In this document: in pieces, positions 29,816-39,969 of the stretch
Numbering within the stretch: the stretch's first letter is position 1
How the letters are laid out: every line of letters starts with the position of its first letter
Source: Promethearchaeota archaeon
GTDB lineage: Archaea > Asgardarchaeota > Lokiarchaeia > Sigyniarchaeales > SOKP01
NCBI GenBank assembly: GCA_019058245.1
Contig: JAHPZJ010000008.1
Coordinates: 1 to 64,000, forward strand
Direction of reading: 5' to 3'
DNA length: 64,000 bases
The notes under the pieces: generated by a model
Database searches by the model: none
Told to the model about the DNA's origin: nothing
Seen by the model: the letters and a program-made list of their open reading frames with translations, nothing else
Translations under genes and position numbers: made by a program

Positions 29816-30093
29816 TCCAAGTCAAGCGTTTTATTTTTTGATCTAGTCCTTAAAAATATTATATTATTTTGAGTTTATTATTATTATTGATTATAAAATC
29901 TAAATGATAGTTGTTTAGAGGAACCATTTTTTGAAATATAATAAAAACTATCTTAAAGATATTTACTAAAGTAAAAAATTACTATTACTATATTATTTAC
30001 GAATTCCTTAAAATATCCTTTTTTTTTTAAAAATTTATTAATCCATTAGTCTATAACTCTTAAATGTGATAATATAATTTTTTATAGGGAATC

Positions 30094-31065
30094 ATGATTT
30101 CCAATTTTTTAAAATATGATATATTGAATGAAATAGTCATTAGAGAGATTGAAAGAAAAGATATAAATCAAGTCATTCAACTTATAAAGGTAGTGTATAA
30201 AGAAGCTTATGATGAAAAATACTATCATAATGACTATCTTAAAAGGTATGCTAATAAAATTGAAAAATCACAATTAATTTTTTGGAAAGGGGTATTTCTA
30301 AAGGAAAAACTAATAGCTCAGATGCTTTTTATTATTAAGAACGGATTTGGGAAGTTAAAGCTAACGATGGTAGATCCCGAATTTGAATCAATGGGCGTGA
30401 TGTCATATTTAGGATTTCAAATGGAAAAGGTTTTACAACTTCCAGAAGTAAAAGATTCGAATTTACAAATTGTATATGCCTATGTAGAAAATAATAACCT
30501 TCCGATGATCAAAATTTTAGAAGAATATCAATTTAATATATTTGGTCGTACTCCCAATTATAATATTAACTCTTTTTATAAAATCTATGGAAGAGTTATA
30601 AATATAAAAACGTGGAAATATATAACACCTCATTTTAATATAAGTAGATTTATTCAAAATATTAATATTAAATACAATTTAAAGAGATTATTATCCATTT
30701 TTATACCTATAATTTTATTTTCTTTTGCAAAACAAGATATTAAAATTGAACAAGTAAAAAAGAAGAAGAAGACTATCTTATTTATCGTGGAAAGGAGAAC
30801 TTATGCAAAAATTCATGAGAATAATCAATCTTGGTATTCTTTTAAATTTATTAATAATCCTTCTATAGAGCTAAAAGTATCTATATTAGCAATACTTATT
30901 GAAAAATTTGAGAAAAATGAAAAAATTTTATCAATTTCATTGTTTATAAATATGAATGATTATCATTCTCAACATTTTCTGTTAGAAAAAGGATTCAAAT
31001 TTTTTGCTTATTTACCTTGTTACCATGAATGTGATAATATCTTAATGGGAAAAAAAAAAAGGTGA
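30094..31065 (+). CDS. GNAT-fold protein (probably two GNAT domains)
   Basis: IVIREIERKDINQV start, TMVDPEFESMGV motif A-like; C-terminal FLLEKGFKFFAYLP. Confidence 0.6.
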   Translation: MISNFLKYDILNEIVIREIERKDINQVIQLIKVVYKEAYDEKYYHNDYLKRYANKIEKSQLIFWKGVFLKEKLIAQMLFIIKNGFGKLKLTMVDPEFESMGVMSYLGFQMEKVLQLPEVKDSNLQIVYAYVENNNLPMIKILEEYQFNIFGRTPNYNINSFYKIYGRVINIKTWKYITPHFNISRFIQNINIKYNLKRLLSIFIPIILFSFAKQDIKIEQVKKKKKTILFIVERRTYAKIHENNQSWYSFKFINNPSIELKVSILAILIEKFEKNEKILSISLFINMNDYHSQHFLLEKGFKFFAYLPCYHECDNILMGKKKR

Positions 31066-32588
31066 GATTAATAAATAAAATAAAAATAGCATTTTTAAAG
31101 ACTATTAAATTTGACGATAGATCAACAGAACATATGGCATTAGAAGTATTAAATGATCCTAAATATGATAATTCTAAATATGTAGATAAAGATGAGATCC
31201 AAAGAGCTTTAGATGATTATGGATATAGATTAAATCCCTTCAATGCAAATACCTATAGTTCTATTATGTTATCCCCAAATATAGAAGGTCATTTTCTTAA
31301 AACCAATCTACCAGAAATAGAGTCAATTGTATTTGATGAAGTATGTGATATAAACTACCTAAAAAGAGTAATGAATGAACATCCAGATATTTCTCATTTT
31401 GCTTTATCAACCTATGCAATGGGGATGGATAATACCATTGAAGTTATAAAAACAATGAAAAAAAATTATCCTGATCAGGAAATTCTTTTGGGAGGAATTG
31501 GTGTTTTATACCCTTACTTCAAAAAATACGTAGACCAAAAAAACATTTGCTATGGAAACGGTGTTCATTGGTTACGTAATTATTTTAAATTGAAACCATA
31601 TCAAAATAAAGATATTAAAATTCCAATTATTATCTCTGATAAAGGTATTTTTAATATAAGTACAGCTTATCTTGTAACTCAGATAGGTTGTCCAAATAAA
31701 TGCGATTTTTGTATTACTAACGCCTTCTTAAATTATAATCCTTTTTGTCAAAATAGCAAAAAAATAATTGATGTTTTGGAGAAAATAAGAAATGCATCTA
31801 ATGGAGATATTTTCTTATTTCTTTGTGATCCGAATGCACTCTATCCAACTAATATTTGGAAAGAAGTATTTGATTATTTCATAGAGCATAATGAGGGAAA
31901 TATAATATATTTATTTTGTCTAATCTCTTTAAATCATTTATATTCCTTTAATATTGATAAAATCCAGAATAAAAGTGCTTTAAAATTTATAATGGTTAAT
32001 TTTGGAATAGAATCTGTATTGGAAGGGGGCTATAACAAGAATAAAAATATAACTAATGAACATATAAAAGGAATGAATAATTTAGGAATTGGTACTTTTC
32101 ATAATTTCATTTTAGGTCTAGAACACCATACTAAAGAATCAATTAACTTAGAAATAAAAAGAAATCTTGAATTCGATTCTGTATGGTTTTCAATAAATAC
32201 TTTAAAACCACTTCCGAAAACAGATGTTTATATCAGATTAAAACGAGAAAATAGAATCTTTGGAGATGATATGCCTCCAGAATTCCTATATCGAGAAGGA
32301 TATTTCCCATTCGAGCATCCATATTTAGGAGGGGGTTTTTCTGCTTTAAAATATGCATTTAAATCCTATTACGATTGTGAAAGGAAAATTCTGGATTCGT
32401 ACTCACGATTTATAGAAACAATCTCAAAAATACCATCTTCAGAATCTTCGAATTTTATTAAATATATAAAATTTCTTTTTAAAGATATAAGTAAGAAAAA
32501 TTATAAATTAACTAAACTAAGAATGCCTTCAAGTTTCGTCGAAAAATACCAAGAACATTATGAAAGAATATTTGCTACTAAAATTTAA
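31062..32588 (+). CDS. Radical SAM protein with probable N-terminal cobalamin-binding domain
   Basis: GCPNKCDFC (CxxxCxxC), ILLGG, FGIES, FILG; start/stop overlap with upstream gene. Confidence 0.85.
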   Translation: MRLINKIKIAFLKTIKFDDRSTEHMALEVLNDPKYDNSKYVDKDEIQRALDDYGYRLNPFNANTYSSIMLSPNIEGHFLKTNLPEIESIVFDEVCDINYLKRVMNEHPDISHFALSTYAMGMDNTIEVIKTMKKNYPDQEILLGGIGVLYPYFKKYVDQKNICYGNGVHWLRNYFKLKPYQNKDIKIPIIISDKGIFNISTAYLVTQIGCPNKCDFCITNAFLNYNPFCQNSKKIIDVLEKIRNASNGDIFLFLCDPNALYPTNIWKEVFDYFIEHNEGNIIYLFCLISLNHLYSFNIDKIQNKSALKFIMVNFGIESVLEGGYNKNKNITNEHIKGMNNLGIGTFHNFILGLEHHTKESINLEIKRNLEFDSVWFSINTLKPLPKTDVYIRLKRENRIFGDDMPPEFLYREGYFPFEHPYLGGGFSALKYAFKSYYDCERKILDSYSRFIETISKIPSSESSNFIKYIKFLFKDISKKNYKLTKLRMPSSFVEKYQEHYERIFATKI

Positions 32589-33608
32589 TTATTCTGTTAT
32601 AATTTCATATTTTTTTAAAAAATAACGTAATAAATCATACTCCATCCTATCTTCTGAAATCAAAGAAGAAAAAGAAGAAAAATCATTTTTAATTCTATTA
32701 GGTATAATTATCCAATTTAGTCTACTAAATAATCTTAAAAGATCAGCTTTTAAATTTTGGTCTGAATTAATTAAAAGATCATCGATTATTTCTTCAATAA
32801 TCTTTTTTCCATACTCATAATTTTTAAAACTAATAATCGCGTTTTCAAATTGTTCCATTCTAATCCACGTATGTACTTTTATATCATTTAGAAGAGTATG
32901 AAAATTTAAGAATTTCTTTAAATTTTTTCTTAAAAGATTAATCCTTTTGTCCATACTAGCTTTAGGTTCATTTAGAAGAGACGTCTTTTTCAATGAAAAT
33001 TTTATATATCTTGGAGAATATAGGTAAGAAGTCAATTCGAATCCAAAAAGTCCACCTAATGCAATTAATCCTTTTGATTGTTCAAAATGAATATTTTCAT
33101 AAGTTCCACTATAAGTTAGGACAAATTCATTACCAAGAACTTCAATTTCAAATTGTTTTGTTAATTTATTTCCTAATAAAAAGTCTTTAAATTTATTGAA
33201 AAAATCTATAATTTTCTTTTCATCAAATCTCCCTTTTTTTAAGATGAGATCAATGTAATTCATCATAATAGAATATGATCCATCTTCATAATAATAATAT
33301 TTATTTAATTTTATATATTCTTCCTGTAATATTGTTATTTGCATATGCGAGTTTTTTTTTATATATTCTCTAAGGTCCATACTAAGAACTTTTTTAATAT
33401 CCTCGAAAGTTTTTCCCGATTCAAAAATCTCAATAAAAAAAACCAAGATTCTTCTTACAAGATCTGATAAATTTTTATAATCAATATTCTTATCTTTCTC
33501 TTTTAGAGAATCATAAATTTTCTTAAGTTTATATTTATTATATGGTGAAATAGCAAGATTTAGTCTTTCTGTTAATTTTTTTGATAAAAATTCTTCTGTT
33601 GCTTTCAT
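32589..33608 (-). CDS. Hypothetical protein with probable N-terminal ribbon-helix-helix
   Basis: RLNLAIS...NLSDLVRRIL pattern. Confidence 0.55.
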   Translation of the reverse strand: MKATEEFLSKKLTERLNLAISPYNKYKLKKIYDSLKEKDKNIDYKNLSDLVRRILVFFIEIFESGKTFEDIKKVLSMDLREYIKKNSHMQITILQEEYIKLNKYYYYEDGSYSIMMNYIDLILKKGRFDEKKIIDFFNKFKDFLLGNKLTKQFEIEVLGNEFVLTYSGTYENIHFEQSKGLIALGGLFGFELTSYLYSPRYIKFSLKKTSLLNEPKASMDKRINLLRKNLKKFLNFHTLLNDIKVHTWIRMEQFENAIISFKNYEYGKKIIEEIIDDLLINSDQNLKADLLRLFSRLNWIIIPNRIKNDFSSFSSLISEDRMEYDLLRYFLKKYEIITE

Positions 33609-33853
33609 ATATCAATAATAAATGTCATATTTAAAAATTTATCTTAAACGGTAGATTATTTATCATTATTGAATTTATAACTTTTAAAACAATTATTGAG
33701 AAATGATTTCTCTCAGGAGTGAAAATAAATAAATATTTTAATTATTTCAAGTAGAACTCATTGTTTTTTATATCTTTTCGATTTAAAAAATTTCCTAAAT
33801 TTATTTAAATATATTGAAAATATGAGATTGTCACAAGATAAAAATTAGCTACC

Positions 33854-34117
33854 TTGGCAATTATGCTATCAATTAAATTTCCAAAATCTAAAAAAGACAA
33901 TGAAAAAATTATAAGATATAAATGTCCAAGTAGCCATATTTTGTCAAAATTATACTTATCTTTTTATATTTATAGAAGTGGATTAAATTATAAATTAATA
34001 AATAATAACCATATACAATTTGGTCATTATTATAGGTGCCCCGAATGCAATACCTTATATTATGAAGATGAATGGGAAGTTATAGATTTAAATAATAATA
34101 ATTTTGAATTTAAATAA
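33854..34117 (+). CDS. Small putative zinc-binding protein
   Basis: CPSSH and CPEC motifs. Confidence 0.55.
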   Translation: MAIMLSIKFPKSKKDNEKIIRYKCPSSHILSKLYLSFYIYRSGLNYKLINNNHIQFGHYYRCPECNTLYYEDEWEVIDLNNNNFEFK

Positions 34118-34135
34118 TTCTAGCGTAAAAAGAAA

Positions 34136-34357
34136 ATGTTCTGTATTCCAGAGAAGGAAAAGAAAAGAGAAAAGGAACCAATTTTCATTATAGAATATGA
34201 TAATATAAAAATGGGTAATATACAAAAAAAGAGATATAAACTTTCAGAAATATTATTATCTTCCATTAAGACGACAACAGATTTGTATAAAGCAATGGAA
34301 GAATATGAAAATAAGTATGAAAATATAAGAAAAATTACAGATAAAAGTATCATCTAG
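34136..34357 (+). CDS. Small hypothetical protein
   Basis: 73-aa ATG ORF directly after 33854-34117. Confidence 0.4.
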   Translation: MFCIPEKEKKREKEPIFIIEYDNIKMGNIQKKRYKLSEILLSSIKTTTDLYKAMEEYENKYENIRKITDKSII

Positions 34358-34617
34358 TTTAAAAAGAGTTTTTCAAACAGAGTAAAAAAAAGAGGGGAGA
34401 ATTTAGAGGGTCGAATCCTTCACTCTGTGACATTCACAAAAAGATAAATAATTATATCTGTCTCATTTTAAAGATTAGAACTTTCTAAAGTAAGTTAAGA
34501 TTTGATTGAAAAATTTCAGGTAATTGATACGAAAGCACTATAGAGTATTATATGTCAATAATTTAATTATTCTTCTGAAAAGTATAGGTTAAGAAGAAAT
34601 AAGTAATAGCATGTTTT

Positions 34618-36204
34618 TTAATAGAATCTAATAGTATTTAGCATTACTTTAAGCTGATCAAAAATTTCTAATCGATATTCAAGTCCTATTTTAAAAAATA
34701 ATAAAGATACCATCTTTTGTTCAAGTAGTTCATTTACACTCAATTGTTCAAGTATTTGTGACCAATTAGTATTTTCAGAGACCCTAATACCTATTAGAAC
34801 AACACCATGTTCCTCTATATCGTTAATAATTTTTATTACAACCTCCTTCCATTTCGGATCAGAATGTTCTTTATTTCTGGCATCAAAAATGCAGAAAACC
34901 GCGTCAGAATCATTAACTTCGAGAGTCTCATATAAATAATTTTTCAATATTATACCATTTGAAAATCTATATATTTTTTCATCTTTACCGTCTTTAATTT
35001 TTTCAAGCTTATATTCAGAATTAATATCTAAAAGTATTTGAAAACCAGGACTCCAAAATTCATTTTCAGAGATAGATGTTAAAATTAATAATTTATCTAA
35101 ACTTAAACCTTGTTTTTTCCTTTTCTCTAATATCAAATTTATTTCTTCTAATAAATCTAACTTAACCCTATCCTCTTCATCCTCTTTGCTTTTCGTTATA
35201 TAATGATAAGCAATCAATGTAAAGGCATCTTCAACGTTTTCACCCGAAAGAGCACTTGTTTCTATATATGAAATCTTGATATTAGGTTTTTGAGATAGAG
35301 AATTAACTAAATTTACTCCATCTTGATATTCAATTCTTCTTTGATCTTTTAAATCTGTTTTATTTCCAATAATAATAATTGGAATTTCTTTACCACCAAT
35401 GAAATTTTCTAATTCTTCATACCAATTTTTTATATTCTCAAAAGATTCTCTATTAGTTAAATCAAAAACTATAAAAGCTGCTTGTGCACCTAAATAATAT
35501 GTCTGTCGAAAGCGTTTAAAAAAGGTTTGAGCTCCTACATCCCATAAACTATAAATAATCTGATTTCCAAAGAATTGAATTGAATGTGATAAAATATTAA
35601 GTCCAATTGTCGCTCTATAATCATGAGAAAATTTATTTTCCACAAATCGCCTCACTAATGAAGTTTTACCTACTTCATGATCACCTATAATTACAAATTT
35701 AAATCTAAATATTCCTCCTTCATCTAACCTCATTTGATAAATTTGATTTTTTACCCTTTCATAATGAGTTGCCTCATCAGTTTCATATTCGAAATTGGGG
35801 ATATTGAGCTGAATCTTATCACCTACTTCTGCATTTAAAATCTGTGATGATTTTTCTGCTAAAAGATAGGCATATGGACTTGCTTTATCGACAGAAGCTA
35901 AACTATTCAATACAACACTAAGAGTTCTACTTTCATCTAAAGAAATGAATAAAAATCTATATATATCAGCATCAAAACTCGCAGTTCCAAATTTTTTAAA
36001 CATAAATTCATCTCGAATTCTTTCAATAATAGGATTTATTATAGACGTTAAAACTGATACAATTTCCATATCAACATTACTCCTTTTTTTACCTGCAATT
36101 ACAAGCCCCTGTTTATCGCTAACAATTACTGCTTCTACATCACTATTACGTTCTAAGAATTGGGTAAATAGTTCCATAAAAAGTGCTTTTCTATTTATTG
36201 ACAT
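34618..36204 (-). CDS. Roadblock/LC7 + Rab-like GTPase + degenerate second G-domain (paralog B)
   Basis: VEAVIVSDKQGLVIA; GDHEVGKT, YRATIG, WDVGAQ, GNKTD, ETSAL; collinear with 28247-29815. Confidence 0.88.
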   Translation of the reverse strand: MSINRKALFMELFTQFLERNSDVEAVIVSDKQGLVIAGKKRSNVDMEIVSVLTSIINPIIERIRDEFMFKKFGTASFDADIYRFLFISLDESRTLSVVLNSLASVDKASPYAYLLAEKSSQILNAEVGDKIQLNIPNFEYETDEATHYERVKNQIYQMRLDEGGIFRFKFVIIGDHEVGKTSLVRRFVENKFSHDYRATIGLNILSHSIQFFGNQIIYSLWDVGAQTFFKRFRQTYYLGAQAAFIVFDLTNRESFENIKNWYEELENFIGGKEIPIIIIGNKTDLKDQRRIEYQDGVNLVNSLSQKPNIKISYIETSALSGENVEDAFTLIAYHYITKSKEDEEDRVKLDLLEEINLILEKRKKQGLSLDKLLILTSISENEFWSPGFQILLDINSEYKLEKIKDGKDEKIYRFSNGIILKNYLYETLEVNDSDAVFCIFDARNKEHSDPKWKEVVIKIINDIEEHGVVLIGIRVSENTNWSQILEQLSVNELLEQKMVSLLFFKIGLEYRLEIFDQLKVMLNTIRFY

Positions 36205-36390
36205 GAATTTTTAGACTCCAGATAATTTATTTACTGGTTAAATAGTTTTTATCCTTATAATAAAGCTAGTGTTTTTAAGATTTATTAAATCGTTGTTTGG
36301 AAAAACATATGTTTAAAACTTCTGATTTTGTTAATTTATTATACTTGACTTTGACTACTGCAAATCTTAATAAATTAAAATATAAGAATT

Positions 36391-36975
36391 ATGCCCTCTT
36401 GTATAATTTGCCATTTAAACGTTGATGAAAATACAGATTCCCATTATACCTGTAATAATGGTCATCCAGTTCATAGATATTGTCTAGCGGAATGGTTAAT
36501 GCATTCGCAAAATTGTCCCTTATGTAGTGAACCTTATTCTCAAAATTTAATTAATCAATTTAAAGATTATATGGAAAAAAAGGAACAAGAAAAACAAGAA
36601 GCTTTAGATAAGAAATTAGAATTAGAAACGATAAAAAAAATGCAAGAAGCTACCAAAAAAATTATATTTCAGAAATATTTTGAGATTAATGAAAAACAAC
36701 TTAAGCAAGGGCAATATGAAGAAGTAATTGAAAAACTCTTAAATCGATATGACGAAAATTCTGTTGATGAAAATAATTTAAAAGTTCTCTTTTTGTTAGG
36801 AAAAGCAAACTATTTAAAAGGACGATATGATTTAGCAATAAATTTTTTATTTAAATTAGTTAAAATTAAATTTGACTATCCTGATGGATTTTTATATTTA
36901 GGAAAAGCATATGAAAAATTAGGACTTAAAGATAAAGCCCAATGGGCTTATGATCGCGTCAAAGAAAGTAAATAG
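36391..36975 (+). CDS. RING-H2 finger + TPR protein (putative ubiquitin E3)
   Basis: CIIC...CNNGHPVHRYCLAEW...CPLC; C-terminal TPRs (LGKANYLKGRYDLA, LGKAYEKLG). Confidence 0.85.
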   Translation: MPSCIICHLNVDENTDSHYTCNNGHPVHRYCLAEWLMHSQNCPLCSEPYSQNLINQFKDYMEKKEQEKQEALDKKLELETIKKMQEATKKIIFQKYFEINEKQLKQGQYEEVIEKLLNRYDENSVDENNLKVLFLLGKANYLKGRYDLAINFLFKLVKIKFDYPDGFLYLGKAYEKLGLKDKAQWAYDRVKESK

Positions 36976-37003
36976 ATTTATTCTTTTTTTACCTATATAT
37001 CTT

Positions 37004-38407
37004 ATGAAACCTATTTGTTTAACAATAGCTGGTGCTGATCCTACTTCTGGTGCAGGAATTCAAGCAGATATCAGAACTTTTGACAGATGTGGTGTTCATC
37101 CTTTTTCTGTAATTACTGCAATTACATTTCAAACAGCTAACAAACTTTTTGGGTATAAATCATTATCAGATGATTTAGAAAGTCAATTGGATGCACTATT
37201 AACAACATATCCGATTAAATATACAAAAATCGGAATGGTTCCAGATTTTAAAACATTAGATATAATTATTAAATATATTAAAAAATATAATTTTGAGATA
37301 GTATTTGATCCTGTTTCAATTTCTAGTGCAGGAGGAAGGCTTTCTAGCGAAGGTTTAGAAATAGAAATTGAAAAAAAATTATTTCCATATGTTAAAATCA
37401 TTACACCAAATAAATCTGAGGCGATTTATTATTCAAATAGAGAGATATATAACACAAGCGAAGAAAATATCGATAATCTTAAAAAAGTAGCTGAAATATT
37501 ACTTAAAAAGCTGTATGGAGATGAAAATTCTCAAAATATTGAAAAAGCTGTTGTAATTAAAAGTGCAATAAGTAGTCACGATGAAGTAATGGACTTAGTC
37601 TTAATTAATAGGAAAAAAAATGATCATTTAGAAAAAGAGTTTCAAACGTTCAAAAAAAATAAAATTCCAGTTAAAGGAAATATTCACGGCACGGGTTGTG
37701 TTTTTTCTTCTGCGATTACCGCATTTTTAGCTAAACAATATTCAATAAAAAAAGCTATTAGCAAAGCAGAATCTTTTTTTAATGAAAAATTTCAAAATTT
37801 TATTCAAATTCCAAAAGAAGGCAAAATCATCGATTTGACTATTCCCGATGAGCATTTAAAAGTAATTAATCAAATAAAACAAATTTATAATTTTATCGCT
37901 CCACTGAAAAAATTTAGCAATCTAATCCCTGAAGTGCGAATGAATATATCTTGTTCACTACCAAATGCGAAATCAAAAACCGATATTGCGGGAGTTGATG
38001 GCAGAATTACAGTTCGTGATGGATATCCTTATGCTTCAGGAGATATTAGTTTTGGTGTTTCTAACCATACTGCTAGATTACTTCTTACAGCAAAAAAGTT
38101 TGATAATTCAGTAAATATAGTAATGAATTTAAAATATAATCCTGAATGGATCAAAGCACTTCAAAATACCACAGATCTTGAACTTCAAGAAATTCATAGA
38201 GAACTTCAACCTAATAAGATTATGATTAAGGAAGAATCTACAATGCAATGGATAATTAAGGAAAGTCTAAGAAATTTAGGAGAAATTCCAGACATTATAT
38301 GGGATAAGGGTTCAATGGGTAAAGAACCTATGATGAGGCTCTTTGGAAAAAGATCAGAAGATATAATTAAGAAATTGAAGTTAATTATAGAAACTATAAA
38401 AATATAA
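37004..38407 (+). CDS. thiDN: Bifunctional HMP/HMP-P kinase + thiamine-phosphate synthase (ThiD-ThiN)
   Basis: LTIAGADPTSGAGIQAD, ITPN, HGTGC; ThiN LIPEVRMN, FGVSNH, GKEP; likely start ATG 37004. Confidence 0.92.
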   Translation: MKPICLTIAGADPTSGAGIQADIRTFDRCGVHPFSVITAITFQTANKLFGYKSLSDDLESQLDALLTTYPIKYTKIGMVPDFKTLDIIIKYIKKYNFEIVFDPVSISSAGGRLSSEGLEIEIEKKLFPYVKIITPNKSEAIYYSNREIYNTSEENIDNLKKVAEILLKKLYGDENSQNIEKAVVIKSAISSHDEVMDLVLINRKKNDHLEKEFQTFKKNKIPVKGNIHGTGCVFSSAITAFLAKQYSIKKAISKAESFFNEKFQNFIQIPKEGKIIDLTIPDEHLKVINQIKQIYNFIAPLKKFSNLIPEVRMNISCSLPNAKSKTDIAGVDGRITVRDGYPYASGDISFGVSNHTARLLLTAKKFDNSVNIVMNLKYNPEWIKALQNTTDLELQEIHRELQPNKIMIKEESTMQWIIKESLRNLGEIPDIIWDKGSMGKEPMMRLFGKRSEDIIKKLKLIIETIKI

Positions 38408-38462
38408 ATAGTACTAAACTATGTCCAAACACATAAGGTGTTAAATAAAAATAAGAAATCTC

Positions 38463-39779
38463 TCACTTCTTAGATTTTTTTTTGTTTTCCAAAGCTTCTT
38501 TTAATAATTTTATCGCACAAAAATCTCCACACATAGAACATTCATCATCTTCTTGAGTAGCACCATTTCGATAATGTACTTGTCGGGATAATTCAGGATC
38601 AATTGATTGATTTATCATTTCTTCCCAGTTGAGGTTTTTTCGAGCAATATCCATTCTATAATCCCAGTCTGAGACTTTTTTACCGTATTTAGCTATATTT
38701 ACAGCATGAGCAGCAATTTTTGAGGCAATTACACCGTGTTTTACTTCCTCTCTATTTGGTAAGGCTAAGTGTTCTGAAGGAGTTACATAACATAAATAAT
38801 CTGCACCCGCTAAACCTGCTATAACTCCTCCAATAGCGCTGACAAGATGGTCATAGCCAGGAGCAATATCAGTAACTAAAGGTCCTAATACATAAAATGG
38901 CGCCTCATCACATATTGATTTTTGAATTTTAACATTTCTTTCAATTTCATTGGCAGGAATATGTCCAGGTCCTTCGACCATTACTTGAATATTTGACGCT
39001 CTTGCTCTTTTCACGAGTTTAGAAATTTCAATTAATTCTTGTATTTGAGAATAATCTGTAGAATCAAAAATCGCTCCTGGTCTAAATCCATCTCCTAATG
39101 AAAGCGTAAAATCATATTCTCTTGCTAAATCTAATAAATAGTCATAATTACGATTAAAAGGATTCTCACTATCATTTTCTAAAATCCAAGAGGCTAAAAA
39201 TGTTCCTCCTCTCGATACGATTCCCATTGTCCTTGGATGATCAACTAAATAATTTACAATTTCTTTTGTTACGCCTACATGAATGGTAAAGAAGTCTACG
39301 CCTTCTTTTGCTTGCTCTTCAACAACGTGGAACATATCATCTTCATCCATATGGATAATTGCTCCCTTATTTTCAATAGCACGTAAACCAGATTGATAGA
39401 TTGGAACTGTTCCAAGAGGAACTTTTATTTCATTAAGAATTCTTTTTCGAATAGTCTGAACATCTTTTTCAGTAATTCCTGTACTTAAATCCATAACTGT
39501 ATCTGATCCATATTTAACCGCGATTCTAGCTTTTTCAATCTCTTCTTCAACATTACATACTGTTTTAGAAGAACCAATATTCGCATTAATTTTCACAAGT
39601 AGTCCTTTCCCAATACCTATAGGAGGATCTAATTCTCTTCTATTCGATTTAGGGATAACTATTCTTCCATTTTCGATTCCTTTTCTTATAAATTCAACAT
39701 CTACCTGCTCGTTAGTAGCAACTATTTCCATTTCTTTAGTAATTTTTCCATTTTTGGCAATTTTCATCAATGTGGACAA
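38463..39779 (-). CDS. thiC: Phosphomethylpyrimidine synthase
   Basis: KINANIGSS, MDLSTG, GTVPIY, SRGG, EGPGH, CYVTPSEH, CSMCGDFC. Confidence 0.97.
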   Translation of the reverse strand: MSTLMKIAKNGKITKEMEIVATNEQVDVEFIRKGIENGRIVIPKSNRRELDPPIGIGKGLLVKINANIGSSKTVCNVEEEIEKARIAVKYGSDTVMDLSTGITEKDVQTIRKRILNEIKVPLGTVPIYQSGLRAIENKGAIIHMDEDDMFHVVEEQAKEGVDFFTIHVGVTKEIVNYLVDHPRTMGIVSRGGTFLASWILENDSENPFNRNYDYLLDLAREYDFTLSLGDGFRPGAIFDSTDYSQIQELIEISKLVKRARASNIQVMVEGPGHIPANEIERNVKIQKSICDEAPFYVLGPLVTDIAPGYDHLVSAIGGVIAGLAGADYLCYVTPSEHLALPNREEVKHGVIASKIAAHAVNIAKYGKKVSDWDYRMDIARKNLNWEEMINQSIDPELSRQVHYRNGATQEDDECSMCGDFCAIKLLKEALENKKKSKK

Positions 39780-39969
39780 ATTATTGAACCTTTAAATGAT
39801 TTCTTTTTCCTATATCATTAAATTGTACTCTATAACATTATAATATTGTTAAAATTATATTTTTTTGTTTTATGAACTAAAATAGTTGATGATTAGAAAA
39901 ACTAAAAGCAAAGAAAATTTGAAATTAATATCAATTTGGATAATATAGGGTAAATATCAAATCCACAAA

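Noticed and set aside
34406-34426. GAGGGTCGAATCCTTC resembles a tRNA T arm or att remnant at the edge of the AT-rich cassette
   Set aside because: Loop is not TTCRAAT, there is no cloverleaf, no matching repeat at the other edge and no integrase
39780-39969. Possible TPP riboswitch upstream of thiC
   Set aside because: No GCTGAGA or other TPP core motifs; region is almost all A/T
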